DNA from: Acetobacteraceae bacterium
GTDB taxonomy: Bacteria > Pseudomonadota > Alphaproteobacteria > Acetobacterales > Acetobacteraceae
Length of the DNA: 64,000 nt
Direction: 5' to 3'
NCBI GenBank assembly: GCA_003164135.1
Contig: PLSD01000123.1
Location: 25,734-89,733 of the forward strand
The notes below the pieces were generated by a model. The model ran no database searches, had not been told where the DNA came from, and saw only the letters and a program-made list of their open reading frames with translations. Shown here in pieces: positions 1-9,140 of the stretch (positions are counted from its first letter, which is position 1; every line of letters begins with the position of its first letter). The position numbers and the translations under genes were made by a program.

Positions 1-2
1 AC

Positions 3-269
3 CGGGCGCAATATCTGCTGGCGCAGTCGCTGGACGCCGAGGGTAAGCCGCAGGCCGCGGCCATTGCCTATGACGATACCTATAACCTCAACCGCACCGG
101 AACTTGGGCGCCGCAATCGTTGTTTGGCCTGGCCAATTCGCTGGCTGCCATCAACCAGAACGAAGCCGCGTGCGACACGCTCTCCTCGCTCAACAGCCAG
201 TTCCCGACGCCGCCCAGCGGCATGAAGTCGAAGATCGAAACATTAAGCCACCGGGCGCATTGCTCATAA
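3..269 (+). CDS. cpoB: C-terminal part of Tol-Pal-associated TPR protein CpoB/YbgF (truncated by window edge)
   Basis: Own translation: RAQYLLAQSLDAEGKPQAAAIAYDDTY...APQSLFGLANSLAAINQNEAACDTLSSLNSQFP...HRAHCS*. TPR-like, ends with the typical AC..L..L...FP...C pattern, and sits in the conserved ybgF-tilS-ftsH order. Confidence 0.8.
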   Translation, partial: RAQYLLAQSLDAEGKPQAAAIAYDDTYNLNRTGTWAPQSLFGLANSLAAINQNEAACDTLSSLNSQFPTPPSGMKSKIETLSHRAHCS

Positions 270-1453
270 CACGGTCTGATCCTGCCAGTGCGGGGCTGGC
301 CGGGCATTTCGCCGCCGCCATGGCCCGGCTGGGGCCGTTTGGCGCTGCCCCGCGCCTTGCCGTCGCGGTTTCCGGCGGGGCGGACAGCACGGCGCTGGCG
401 CTGCTGGCGCAAAACTGGGCCGAACAAAACAATGGCAGTATTTTGGCGCTGATCGTCGACCACGGTCTGCGTGAAGCCTCGGCGGCTGAGGCTGAGCTTG
501 CCGCCGCCCGGTTGGCTGTGCGTGGTATTAAAAGTAAAATCAGTATCTTGTCAGGTATTTCTGCTCCCGCAATTCAGGAAAAAGCCCGTGCCGCGCGTTA
601 TGCGGCATTGGGGAACGCTGCGCTGGCGGACGGGCGGTTGCACTTGCTGCTGGGGCATCACGCTGGCGACCAAGCCGAAACGGTGGCCATGCGGGCGCGG
701 CGCGGCCCTGGCGGGGCGGAAGGTGTTGCCGCATGGACCGCGCGCGACAAGGTTTTACTCCTCCGCCCGTTGCTGGAGGTGCCACCCGCAGCCTTGCGGG
801 CCTACCTCGCGGCGGAAAACATGGAATGGGTGGAAGACCCCTCCAACCAGAACCAGAAATTCGAGCGGGCGCGCATCCGGCTGGAAGGTACCGGCGCGCA
901 ACCCGCCGGCGCCGACGCGCGGCAGGCGCGGGAACTGGAGGCGGCGCAATTTTTGGCCCGCCATGCCGTCCTGCGGCCCGAGGGCTTTGCCGTGCTGGAT
1001 GCGCCCGCTGCTCCGGTGGCGGCACTGGCGGCGCTGCTGCGCGTGATCGGCGGTAATGTTTATGCGCCGGACCAGCAGGCTACTGCCGCCCTGGCCGCAA
1101 GGCTGCGGCCGGCCACGTTGGGCGGGGTGCGTATTTTGGCCGCCGGGCGGCTGGGGCCGGGCTGGCTGCTGGTCCGCGAGCAGGCCTGCCTTGCACCGCC
1201 CATCCCGGCGCGGTGCGGTGCTCTTTGGGACGGGCGGTTTACCGTGGAAGCCACGGCGGCACCGGGGATGTCCCTTGGCGCGCTCGGGGATGCCACGAGG
1301 AAATACAGAAAATACAATGGATTACCGGAAGTTGTTTTGTGCGCCATGCCCGCCTTGCATGGCCCGGACGGCGCGGTGAGCTTCCCCGCCCCGGCTCGTT
1401 TCACGCCGCCGGCACCCGTCGCGCCGCATCCATTTTTCAGTTCGCGGCAATAA
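260..1453 (+). CDS. tilS: tRNA(Ile)-lysidine synthase
   Basis: PP-loop AVSGGADS, VDHGLR, ARAARY, GHHAGDQAET, RPLL, EDPSN motifs; TTG start at 260 overlapping the upstream stop is estimated. Confidence 0.93.
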   Translation: MLITRSDPASAGLAGHFAAAMARLGPFGAAPRLAVAVSGGADSTALALLAQNWAEQNNGSILALIVDHGLREASAAEAELAAARLAVRGIKSKISILSGISAPAIQEKARAARYAALGNAALADGRLHLLLGHHAGDQAETVAMRARRGPGGAEGVAAWTARDKVLLLRPLLEVPPAALRAYLAAENMEWVEDPSNQNQKFERARIRLEGTGAQPAGADARQARELEAAQFLARHAVLRPEGFAVLDAPAAPVAALAALLRVIGGNVYAPDQQATAALAARLRPATLGGVRILAAGRLGPGWLLVREQACLAPPIPARCGALWDGRFTVEATAAPGMSLGALGDATRKYRKYNGLPEVVLCAMPALHGPDGAVSFPAPARFTPPAPVAPHPFFSSRQ

Positions 1454-1560
1454 ATTTGTGCAACGCTACAAAATCGGTGCAGAATGACCATCTGAGGTTA
1501 TGCGCTTTAACCGCGGCAGCGCGGTGTTGGCTTTATTTTAAGAGAATTGGATTAGGCTAG

Positions 1561-3477
1561 ATGAACAATCTTGGTCGAAATATAGCGCTCTGGGTGGTTG
1601 TGGCCCTGTTTCTGGTCGTACTTTTTAACGTCTTCCAGCCTTCCAGCTCGTCCAGCAACCCGGTGAGCCAGCTTGCCTACTCCAGCTTTCTGGATCAGGT
1701 GAACAACAATCAGGTACAGGACGTCACCATCGCGGGGCATGACGTCACCGGCACCACCAAGGACGGCAAGGCGTTTGAAACCTACGCGCCGGAAGACCCG
1801 GCGCTGCTGAACAAGCTGATCGCCGCCAACGTGCATGTGGACGCTAAGCCCGAGGGCGATTCCATGAACCCGATTATCAAGGTGCTCATCTCCTGGGCGC
1901 CGATGCTGCTGCTGATCGGCGTGTGGATATTCTTCATGCGCCAGATGCAATCCGGTGGCGGCCGCGCCATGGGCTTTGGCAAGTCGCGTGCCCGGTTGCT
2001 GACGGAAAAGCAGGGCCGGGTGACGTTTGATGACGTGGCCGGCATTGATGAAGCCAAGAGCGAACTGCAGGAAATCGTGGAATTCCTGCGCGACCCGCAG
2101 AAGTTCCAGCGCCTCGGCGGCAAAATCCCCAAGGGCTGCTTGCTCGTCGGCCCGCCCGGCACCGGCAAAACCTTGCTGGCGCGCGCCATCGCGGGGGAGG
2201 CCAACGTGCCGTTCTTCACCATTTCGGGTTCTGACTTTGTGGAAATGTTCGTCGGCGTGGGTGCCAGCCGCGTGCGTGACATGTTCGAGCAGGGCAAAAA
2301 GAACGCGCCGTGCATCATCTTCATTGACGAAATCGACGCCGTCGGCCGCCACCGTGGCGCTGGCCTCGGCGGCGGTAACGACGAGCGCGAGCAGACGTTG
2401 AACCAGATGCTGGTCGAAATGGACGGATTTGAGAGCAATGAGGGCGTTATCCTCATTGCCGCCACCAACCGGCCGGACGTGCTGGACCCGGCGCTGCTGC
2501 GTCCCGGCCGCTTCGACCGTCAGGTCGTGGTGCCGAATCCGGATGTGCTGGGCCGCGAAAAAATCCTCAAAGTGCACATGCGCAAGGTGCCTTTGGCGTC
2601 CGACGTGGACCCGAAGACCATTGCACGTGGCACGCCTGGCTTCTCCGGCGCCGACCTGGCGAACCTTGTGAACGAAGCCGCATTGCTGGCCGCGCGCATC
2701 GGCAAGCGCGTGGTTGCCATGGCGGAGTTCGAACACGCCAAGGACAAGGTGATGATGGGCGCTGAACGTCGCTCTCTGGTCATGTCCGACGAAGAAAAGC
2801 GCATGACCGCGTATCACGAGGGCGGGCACGCGCTCTGCTCCATCACCCTGCCCGAGTGCGACCCGGTGCATAAGGCCACCATTATTCCGCGTGGCCGGGC
2901 ACTCGGCATGGTCATGTCCCTGCCGGAGGGCGACCGCTACTCCACCAGCAAGCTGAAACTGCTGCAGCAGTTGATTATGGCCATGGGTGGCCGCGCCGCC
3001 GAGGAAATCGTCTTTGGCGCTGACAGGGTCTCCAACGGCGCCTCCGGCGACATTAAAATGGCGACCGATATGACACGGCGCATGGTCACCGAGTGGGGTA
3101 TGTCCGAGAAGCTGGGCATGATCTCCTACGGCGATAACGGGCAGGAGGTGTTCCTCGGCCATTCCGTGACGCAGAACAAAAATGTCTCGGAAGCCACGGC
3201 GCGTGAAATCGATAATGAGATCAAAGCCATTATCGACCACGCCTACTCCGAGGCACGGCGCATCCTTACCGAGCGCCGGGCGGATCTGGAGTCGCTGGCG
3301 CAGGGGCTGCTGGAGTATGAGACGCTTTCGGGTGACGAAATCGAGGCGGTGATTCGCGGCGAAAAGATTATCCGCAAGGTGGTTGACGAGCCGATGCCCG
3401 ACCAGCGCCGTGCCTCGGTGCCCACGGCGGCTCCACCGCGGCCGGAGATGCCGGGGATTATCCCCGCGGCGGGCTGA
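1561..3477 (+). CDS. ftsH: ATP-dependent zinc metalloprotease FtsH
   Basis: Two TM segments, Walker A GPPGTGKT, Walker [12 protein letters not shown], zinc motif HEGGH. Confidence 0.99.
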   Translation: MNNLGRNIALWVVVALFLVVLFNVFQPSSSSSNPVSQLAYSSFLDQVNNNQVQDVTIAGHDVTGTTKDGKAFETYAPEDPALLNKLIAANVHVDAKPEGDSMNPIIKVLISWAPMLLLIGVWIFFMRQMQSGGGRAMGFGKSRARLLTEKQGRVTFDDVAGIDEAKSELQEIVEFLRDPQKFQRLGGKIPKGCLLVGPPGTGKTLLARAIAGEANVPFFTISGSDFVEMFVGVGASRVRDMFEQGKKNAPCIIFIDEIDAVGRHRGAGLGGGNDEREQTLNQMLVEMDGFESNEGVILIAATNRPDVLDPALLRPGRFDRQVVVPNPDVLGREKILKVHMRKVPLASDVDPKTIARGTPGFSGADLANLVNEAALLAARIGKRVVAMAEFEHAKDKVMMGAERRSLVMSDEEKRMTAYHEGGHALCSITLPECDPVHKATIIPRGRALGMVMSLPEGDRYSTSKLKLLQQLIMAMGGRAAEEIVFGADRVSNGASGDIKMATDMTRRMVTEWGMSEKLGMISYGDNGQEVFLGHSVTQNKNVSEATAREIDNEIKAIIDHAYSEARRILTERRADLESLAQGLLEYETLSGDEIEAVIRGEKIIRKVVDEPMPDQRRASVPTAAPPRPEMPGIIPAAG

Positions 3478-3483
3478 TTTTTA

Positions 3484-3515
3484 AAACGGCACGGGACTCA
3501 CATCCCGTGCCGTTT
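3484..3515 (+). terminator. Hairpin terminator after ftsH
   Basis: aaacggcacggga-ctcaca-tcccgtgccgttt perfect inverted repeat. Confidence 0.75.
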
Positions 3516-3897
3516 CTGCTCTTGCCGGGGCGGGCGGGCTTCTTTATCCGCAATGCATGGCACAGCATTATTTCACGGTTACAATGGCTACCATAAATTA
3601 TCTTTTGATTTCAATCAATTATGTTAAATAAACGTGACAGTCTGAGCTTTTGTCACATTCCTGTGGCAAATAAAATTGCTTGAACTTTTGCAATGGCTTG
3701 CAAGAGAATTCAATAATGTTGAGGAACAGCCAAATGGGCACCAATCAACTTAGCAAAGTCTCGCTCGCGGCTTTGTAGGGAGCGGTTAGTCTTCATTGGC
3801 ACGGGCAAAAGCCAAAGCGGATAGTATTCAAACTGCGTTTGGCGTCGTATTAAATGCAAAATACCAATTGATGCAAAAAGATGATCGCGGGGTCTCG

Positions 3898-4590
3898 ATG
3901 AGGAAATTTGGACTTACGCTTGTTCTGCTAAGTGCATTCTTTTCGTTTGCCCACGCCCAAACCCCATCCCCAATTGACTTACTTCGAATGGTCAAAACCT
4001 TAGCGGATAGCGGTCGAGCTGATGATCCGAATACAATTGCAAGAACGCTACATCTATCGCTCATACGGAGTGACCATACAGATTCCGTTTTGACAGATTA
4101 CGCTTTCAGTTCGAGCCTTTTAAAATGCCAGCCTACTGGACATTGGATCATCGACCACTACCGTGCAACCGGCACAGTCGGGCTTGTTGGGTTGGCGGAT
4201 ATTACCCTGGAAACTGTGGGCTTTCAGAGATGCAGCGCGCCTACCTGGGACGGAAGCTCAGGATTTCTCGGTATAGGCAGCTATCCAACCGCTCTCCAGC
4301 TTGGAACCACTCCTGCCGCTTCTTGCATTACCGAGGCAAACATCAAAGCAATATTTCCACCCCCACCTCCTCCGCCTCCTCCTCGTCCCGGGCATCGACC
4401 GATCGAAGAGTCGCTGGGCTGGGGTCCGCCTGCTGAATTGTCATATTCACCCGCCCCACATGTGAATGTAGGATTTATGATGGCGGATGTGCCGAAACCT
4501 GGCGGCACGTTTGCCTTGTGCCTTTCAAACATAGAATTGATCGCCCATTATCCGTTAGGTCCGTTACACAAACTTGATCTCAAGAATTGA
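3898..4590 (+). CDS. Hypothetical secreted protein, low GC, poly-Pro tract
   Basis: Signal peptide MRKFGLTLVLLSAFFSFAHA|Q from ATG 3898; four Cys; run of 9 Pro; codon usage unlike neighbours. Confidence 0.6.
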   Translation: MRKFGLTLVLLSAFFSFAHAQTPSPIDLLRMVKTLADSGRADDPNTIARTLHLSLIRSDHTDSVLTDYAFSSSLLKCQPTGHWIIDHYRATGTVGLVGLADITLETVGFQRCSAPTWDGSSGFLGIGSYPTALQLGTTPAASCITEANIKAIFPPPPPPPPPRPGHRPIEESLGWGPPAELSYSPAPHVNVGFMMADVPKPGGTFALCLSNIELIAHYPLGPLHKLDLKN

Positions 4591-4600
4591 TAGCGCCTTA

Positions 4601-4762
4601 GTGTCTGATCGCAATCTTTCTGAGTCTTTTGAATCACTTACCGATGGCATGTTTTGCCGTGCCCATTGAAATCACTGGAGTATACTCGTTTGGAACCCAA
4701 ACATTGCAGTATTTTTTCGGCACAACCCACTGATATTGGCTGAAAAGATTGCGATCAGCCTC
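4601..4762. mobile_element. Non-autonomous MITE, IS5-family (IS1031-group-like) ends
   Basis: Terminal IRs GTGTCTGATCGCAATCTTT (4601-4619) and rc GAGGCTGATCGCAATCTTT (4744-4762), 17/19 match; TTA direct repeat on both sides; no transposase. Confidence 0.7.
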
Positions 4763-5002
4763 TTAGGCTATCGATTGCTTGCACACCCAGACTTCATTTC
4801 GTAAAGATAACAAACAATCTCTGTAATTGTAGGATAGTTTTCCTAATTTTCGTGATTGTTTGTAAAGGCGTAGAGCTGCCCTTGCATATTTCTGTCAAAG
4901 ATATTTCTTGATGATTTATCAAAAGAAATTTGACAAACTTCTCGTAAGATTATTTTTTGTCTGTCACGTAACCTGTCACAGAACTGTGCCAAATTTGAAG
5001 AC

Positions 5003-5022
5003 TTATCCACAAGTCATTGATT
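5003..5022. promoter_or_regulatory. Perfect DnaA box overlapping an IHF consensus site
   Basis: TTATCCACA at 5003-5011; minus strand AATCAATGACTTG (5010-5022) matches WATCAANNNNTTR. Confidence 0.45.
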
Positions 5023-5120
5023 CGTGCCACATTTTTTCCTGTCCGACATAAGTAGTTGTTTTTTTTCAATATTGCACATGTGCCGTTGTGCAAATTTTCC
5101 TTATTCTATATGGCACAAAA

Positions 5121-5594
5121 ATGAGCACTCACTATTTCACCGTTACATGGGACCAGTTGCACCGCGATGCGAAGGCGCTGGCGTGGCGGCTGCACGCGCT
5201 CGGGCCCTGGAAGGGCATTGTGGCGATTACACGCGGCGGGCTGATCCCGGCGGCGATTATAGCCCGTGAGCTGGAATGCCGGTTGATCGAGACCGTCTCG
5301 GTGATGACCTATGACGAGGAGAGCCGCGGCAAGCCGGTTGTTATCAAGCCGCCGGTCGCGGCCGGCGACGGTGAAGGGTGGCTGATTATTGATGATTTGG
5401 TGGATTCCGGCACCACCGCGAAACTGGTGCGGGGGCTGCTGCCAAAGGCGCATCTGGCCACGGTTTACGCCAAGCCGGTAGGCAAACCATTCGCGGATAC
5501 TTTTGTAACCGAGGTCAGCCAGGACACCTGGATCCTCTTTCCGTGGGATACAGAGCCGCAGTTTGTCGCGCCCTTGGCGCGCAAGCCTGTATAG
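5121..5594 (+). CDS. gpt: Xanthine(-guanine) phosphoribosyltransferase
   Basis: [21 protein letters not shown] motif [22 protein letters not shown]. Confidence 0.95.
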   Translation: MSTHYFTVTWDQLHRDAKALAWRLHALGPWKGIVAITRGGLIPAAIIARELECRLIETVSVMTYDEESRGKPVVIKPPVAAGDGEGWLIIDDLVDSGTTAKLVRGLLPKAHLATVYAKPVGKPFADTFVTEVSQDTWILFPWDTEPQFVAPLARKPV

Positions 5595-5929
5595 AGCCAC
5601 CCTGGCCCGCAAGCCCGCCTAGCATTTAGGGCAAAACTCCGGTATGAGCGGCCCACACGCCATGGGGCGTGTTCGTGCGTGGGGCATTGGGCCTCATTCA
5701 TGTTGTTGAGACTAGCGGCAGAACGGGGTTTTAGGGAACCAACCGGATGATCCGCGCCGCCGCCGGTTTATGCCCGCGGCGTTTCCGGCCACATGGTCCG
5801 TGGCTGTGATGCGTGTTTGCACCGTTCACAGCCAGACCCATGCAGCCCGAGGCGCCGCTTAACCACCGGCCTACGCGCTTTCATTCGACGTTTCCTCCCC
5901 CGGGCTTGCCGTATTGGGAGTTGTTAAAA

Positions 5930-8053
5930 ATGTTTGATCGTTATTTCCGTAAAGAGATGGAATGGGGCGGCAAGACGCTGATCCTCGAGACCGGCAAGGT
6001 CGCCCGTCAGGCTGATGGCGCCGTGGTTGCCTCCTATGGCGACACCGTGGTGCTTGCCACCGTCGTTGGCGCGAAATCCCCCAAGCCGGGCCTGGATTTC
6101 TTCCCGCTGACCGTGAACTACCAGGAAAAATTCTTTGCCGCCGGGCGCATTCCGGGCGGTTTCTTCAAGCGTGAAGGCCGCCCGACCGAGAAGGAGACAC
6201 TGGTCTCCCGCTTGATCGACCGTCCGATCCGCCCGCTGTTCCCGAAGGGCTACAAGAACGAAGTCCAGGTCATCGTCACCGTGCTGAGCCACGACCTTGA
6301 GAACGACCCGGACATTCTGGCCCTCGTTGCCGCCTCCGCGGCGCTGACCATTTCCGGCATTCCGTTCTTTGGCCCGGTTGGTGCGGCGCGTGTTGGCCTG
6401 ATCAATGGCGAATACGTGCTGAACCCGACCACCTCCGAGAAGGAAGAGAGCAAGCTCGACCTGGTGCTCGCCGGCACCGTTGAAGGCGTGCTGATGGTGG
6501 AATCCGAGGCTTCCGAGCTTTCCGAAGACGTCATGCTCGGCGCCGTCACTTTTGGCCATGCCGCGTTCCAGCTGGTGATCCAGGCGATCATCGAACTGGC
6601 CGAGCATTCCGCCAAAGACCCCTGGGCCCTGCCGGAAGTCTCCGAGGAGACCAAAACCCTGGCCGCCCGCGTGGATGCGCTGGCCCGCCAGCCGCTGCGT
6701 GATGCCTATACCGAGACCGTGAAGCAGGTTCGCCAGGAAAAGATTTCCGCCGCGAAGAAGGGTGCGCTTGGTCTGCTGGCCGAGGAAGGCCTGGACGCCG
6801 AGAAGGCAAAATCCCTGTTCAAGGAACTGGAAGCCGACATCGTCCGCAATAACATTTTAGACACCGGCCTGCGCATTGACGGCCGCGACACCAAAACCGT
6901 GCGCCCGATTCTGGCCGAAGTGGGCGTGCTGCCGCGCACCCATGGCTCGGCGCTGTTCACCCGTGGCGAAACCCAGGCGCTGGTTGTTGCCACGCTCGGC
7001 ACCGCGCAGGACGAGCAGTTGATCGACGCCGTGGAAGGCGAGTTCAAAGAGCATTTCATGCTGCACTACAACTTCCCTCCGTACTCGGTTGGTGAAACCG
7101 GCCGCATGGGCTCGCCCGGCCGCCGCGAAATCGGCCACGGTAAACTGGCTTGGCGCGCGGTGCATCCGCTGCTGCCGACCAAGGAAGCCTTCCCCTACAC
7201 CCTGCGCATCGTCTCCGAGATCACCGAATCCAACGGCTCGTCCTCGATGGCAACCGTTTGCGGCACCTCGCTGGCGCTGATGGATGCCGGCGTGCCGCTG
7301 CTGCGCCCGGTGGCGGGTATCGCCATGGGGCTGATCAAGGAAGATCGCGCCTTTGCCGTGCTCTCCGACATTCTGGGCGACGAGGATCACCTCGGCGACA
7401 TGGACTTCAAGGTGGCCGGTACCGAAGCGGGTGTGACCTCGCTGCAGATGGACATCAAGATCACCTCCATCACCCCGGAAATCATGAAAATCGCGCTGGA
7501 ACAGGCCAAGGGCGGGCGTTTGCACATCCTCGGCGAAATGGCGAAAGCGCTGACCTCCGGCCGCGAGGGCGTTTCCTCCAACGCGCCGAAGATCGTGACC
7601 ATCCAGGTGCCGAAGGATAAAATCCGCGACATCATCGGCACCGGCGGCAAGGTGATCCGCGAGATCGTCGAACAGACCGGCGCGAAAATCGACATCGACG
7701 ATAGCGGCGCTGTCAAAGTCTCCGCTGCCGACGACAAGAAGATCCAGGCGGCGATCGACAAGATCCGCGGCATCATCGCCGAGCCGGAAGTGGGCGTGAT
7801 CTACAATGGCAAGGTCGTGAAGACCGCCGATTTCGGTGCCTTCGTGAACTTCCTTGGCGCCAAGGACGGCCTGGTTCACATCTCCGAACTGGCTGCGAAC
7901 CGCGTTGCGAAAACCAACGATGTGGTCAAGCAGGGCGATAGCGTGAAGGTCAAAGTCATCGGCTTCGATGACCGCGGCAAGGTCAAGCTGTCAATGAAGC
8001 AGGTCGACCAGGAAACTGGTGAAGACATCTCCAAGCGCGAGATGGCTGAGTAA
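5930..8053 (+). CDS. pnp: Polyribonucleotide nucleotidyltransferase (PNPase)
   Basis: [40 protein letters not shown] and S1 domains; GGGAG RBS before ATG 5930. Confidence 0.99.
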   Translation: MFDRYFRKEMEWGGKTLILETGKVARQADGAVVASYGDTVVLATVVGAKSPKPGLDFFPLTVNYQEKFFAAGRIPGGFFKREGRPTEKETLVSRLIDRPIRPLFPKGYKNEVQVIVTVLSHDLENDPDILALVAASAALTISGIPFFGPVGAARVGLINGEYVLNPTTSEKEESKLDLVLAGTVEGVLMVESEASELSEDVMLGAVTFGHAAFQLVIQAIIELAEHSAKDPWALPEVSEETKTLAARVDALARQPLRDAYTETVKQVRQEKISAAKKGALGLLAEEGLDAEKAKSLFKELEADIVRNNILDTGLRIDGRDTKTVRPILAEVGVLPRTHGSALFTRGETQALVVATLGTAQDEQLIDAVEGEFKEHFMLHYNFPPYSVGETGRMGSPGRREIGHGKLAWRAVHPLLPTKEAFPYTLRIVSEITESNGSSSMATVCGTSLALMDAGVPLLRPVAGIAMGLIKEDRAFAVLSDILGDEDHLGDMDFKVAGTEAGVTSLQMDIKITSITPEIMKIALEQAKGGRLHILGEMAKALTSGREGVSSNAPKIVTIQVPKDKIRDIIGTGGKVIREIVEQTGAKIDIDDSGAVKVSAADDKKIQAAIDKIRGIIAEPEVGVIYNGKVVKTADFGAFVNFLGAKDGLVHISELAANRVAKTNDVVKQGDSVKVKVIGFDDRGKVKLSMKQVDQETGEDISKREMAE

Positions 8054-8083
8054 GCATTCAGCGTAAACCAACTGATGGTTTGG

Positions 8084-8116
8084 AACGGCGCCCCGTAACG
8101 GGCGCCGTTTTTTTTG
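8084..8116 (+). terminator. Rho-independent terminator after pnp
   Basis: aacggcgccc-cgtaac-gggcgccgtt followed by a T-tract. Confidence 0.85.
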
Positions 8117-8135
8117 TAAAAACCAACGCCAGCCA

Positions 8136-9131
8136 TTACGCGAGCAGCGTCGGCACCAGCACCGCTGCGCCCTCCAGCCGCCCCGCGCGCAAATCATCCA
8201 GCGCCTGGTTGGCTTGGCGCAGCGGGTAGATTGTGATGTGTGTCTGGATGCCGATTTCCGGTGCCAGGCGCAGGAAGTCGATGCCGTCCTGGCGGGTGAG
8301 GTTGGCCACCGAGACCAGTTGCCGCTCTTCCCACAGCAGCCGGTACGGGAAGCTCGGAATATCGCTCATATGGATGCCCGCGCACACCACGCGCCCGCCC
8401 TTGCGCACCGCTTGCAACGCCAGCGGCACCAGAGCGCCCACCGGTGCGAAGATGATCGCGGCATCCAACGGCTCGGGCGGCATCTCATCCGAGCCGCCGA
8501 CCCAGACCGCCCCCAACTGCCGCGCGAAATCCTGCGCTGCCGTATCCCCTGGCCGGGTGAAGGCAAACACCGAGCGCCCCTGCCAGCGGGCGATCTGTGC
8601 CACGATATGCGCGGAGGCGCCAAAACCGTAAAGGCCCAGGGTTTTGCTTTTGCCGGCGATGCCCAGCGACCGCCAGCCAATCAGCCCGGCGCAGAGCAGC
8701 GGCGCCAGCGAGGAATCATTGCCCGCCTCACCCAGCGGAAAGGCGTAATGCGCGTCGGCGATGCAGGCGGTGGCGTAGCCGCCGTTGCGCGTATAGCCGG
8801 TGAACAGCGGGTCATCGCACAGGTTCTCGCGCCCGCTGGTGCAATAGGGGCACACGCCGCAAGTATGCCCGAGCCACGGCACGCCCACCCGCTCGCCCAG
8901 CCTCAAGCCCTCCACGCCCTCGCCCAGTGCGTCGATCCGTCCGACGATTTCATGCCCTGGGATGATGGGCAGTTTCGGGTGCGTCAACTCGCCGTCAACC
9001 ACATGCAAATCCGTGCGGCAGACCCCGCAGGCAGTTATTTTTACCCTGATTTCACCATAGCCCGGCTGCGGGTCCGGCAGTTCGGTCCATTCAAGCGCTA
9101 CGCCGGGTTGTTTCAGGAGCATGGCGTGCAT
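8136..9131 (-). CDS. Zinc-dependent alcohol dehydrogenase (propanol-preferring AdhP-like family)
   Basis: CGVCRTD, GHEIVG, structural Zn CGVCPYC...C, GLYGFG; 9 bp downstream of phaC. Confidence 0.92.
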   Translation of the reverse strand: MHAMLLKQPGVALEWTELPDPQPGYGEIRVKITACGVCRTDLHVVDGELTHPKLPIIPGHEIVGRIDALGEGVEGLRLGERVGVPWLGHTCGVCPYCTSGRENLCDDPLFTGYTRNGGYATACIADAHYAFPLGEAGNDSSLAPLLCAGLIGWRSLGIAGKSKTLGLYGFGASAHIVAQIARWQGRSVFAFTRPGDTAAQDFARQLGAVWVGGSDEMPPEPLDAAIIFAPVGALVPLALQAVRKGGRVVCAGIHMSDIPSFPYRLLWEERQLVSVANLTRQDGIDFLRLAPEIGIQTHITIYPLRQANQALDDLRAGRLEGAAVLVPTLLA

Positions 9132-9140
9132 CGCGGTTCT

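Noticed and set aside
1552-3240. Long antisense or alternate-frame ORFs (also 23274-25289, 26292-28175, 31476-33401, 33527-34813, 42688-43938, 58277-59572, 60107-61531)
   Set aside because: Shadows of well-supported genes in high-GC DNA; no recognisable motifs
3797-3812. TGGCACG sigma54-like motif before the orphan gene
   Set aside because: The GC element is one base off the required GG-N10-GC spacing
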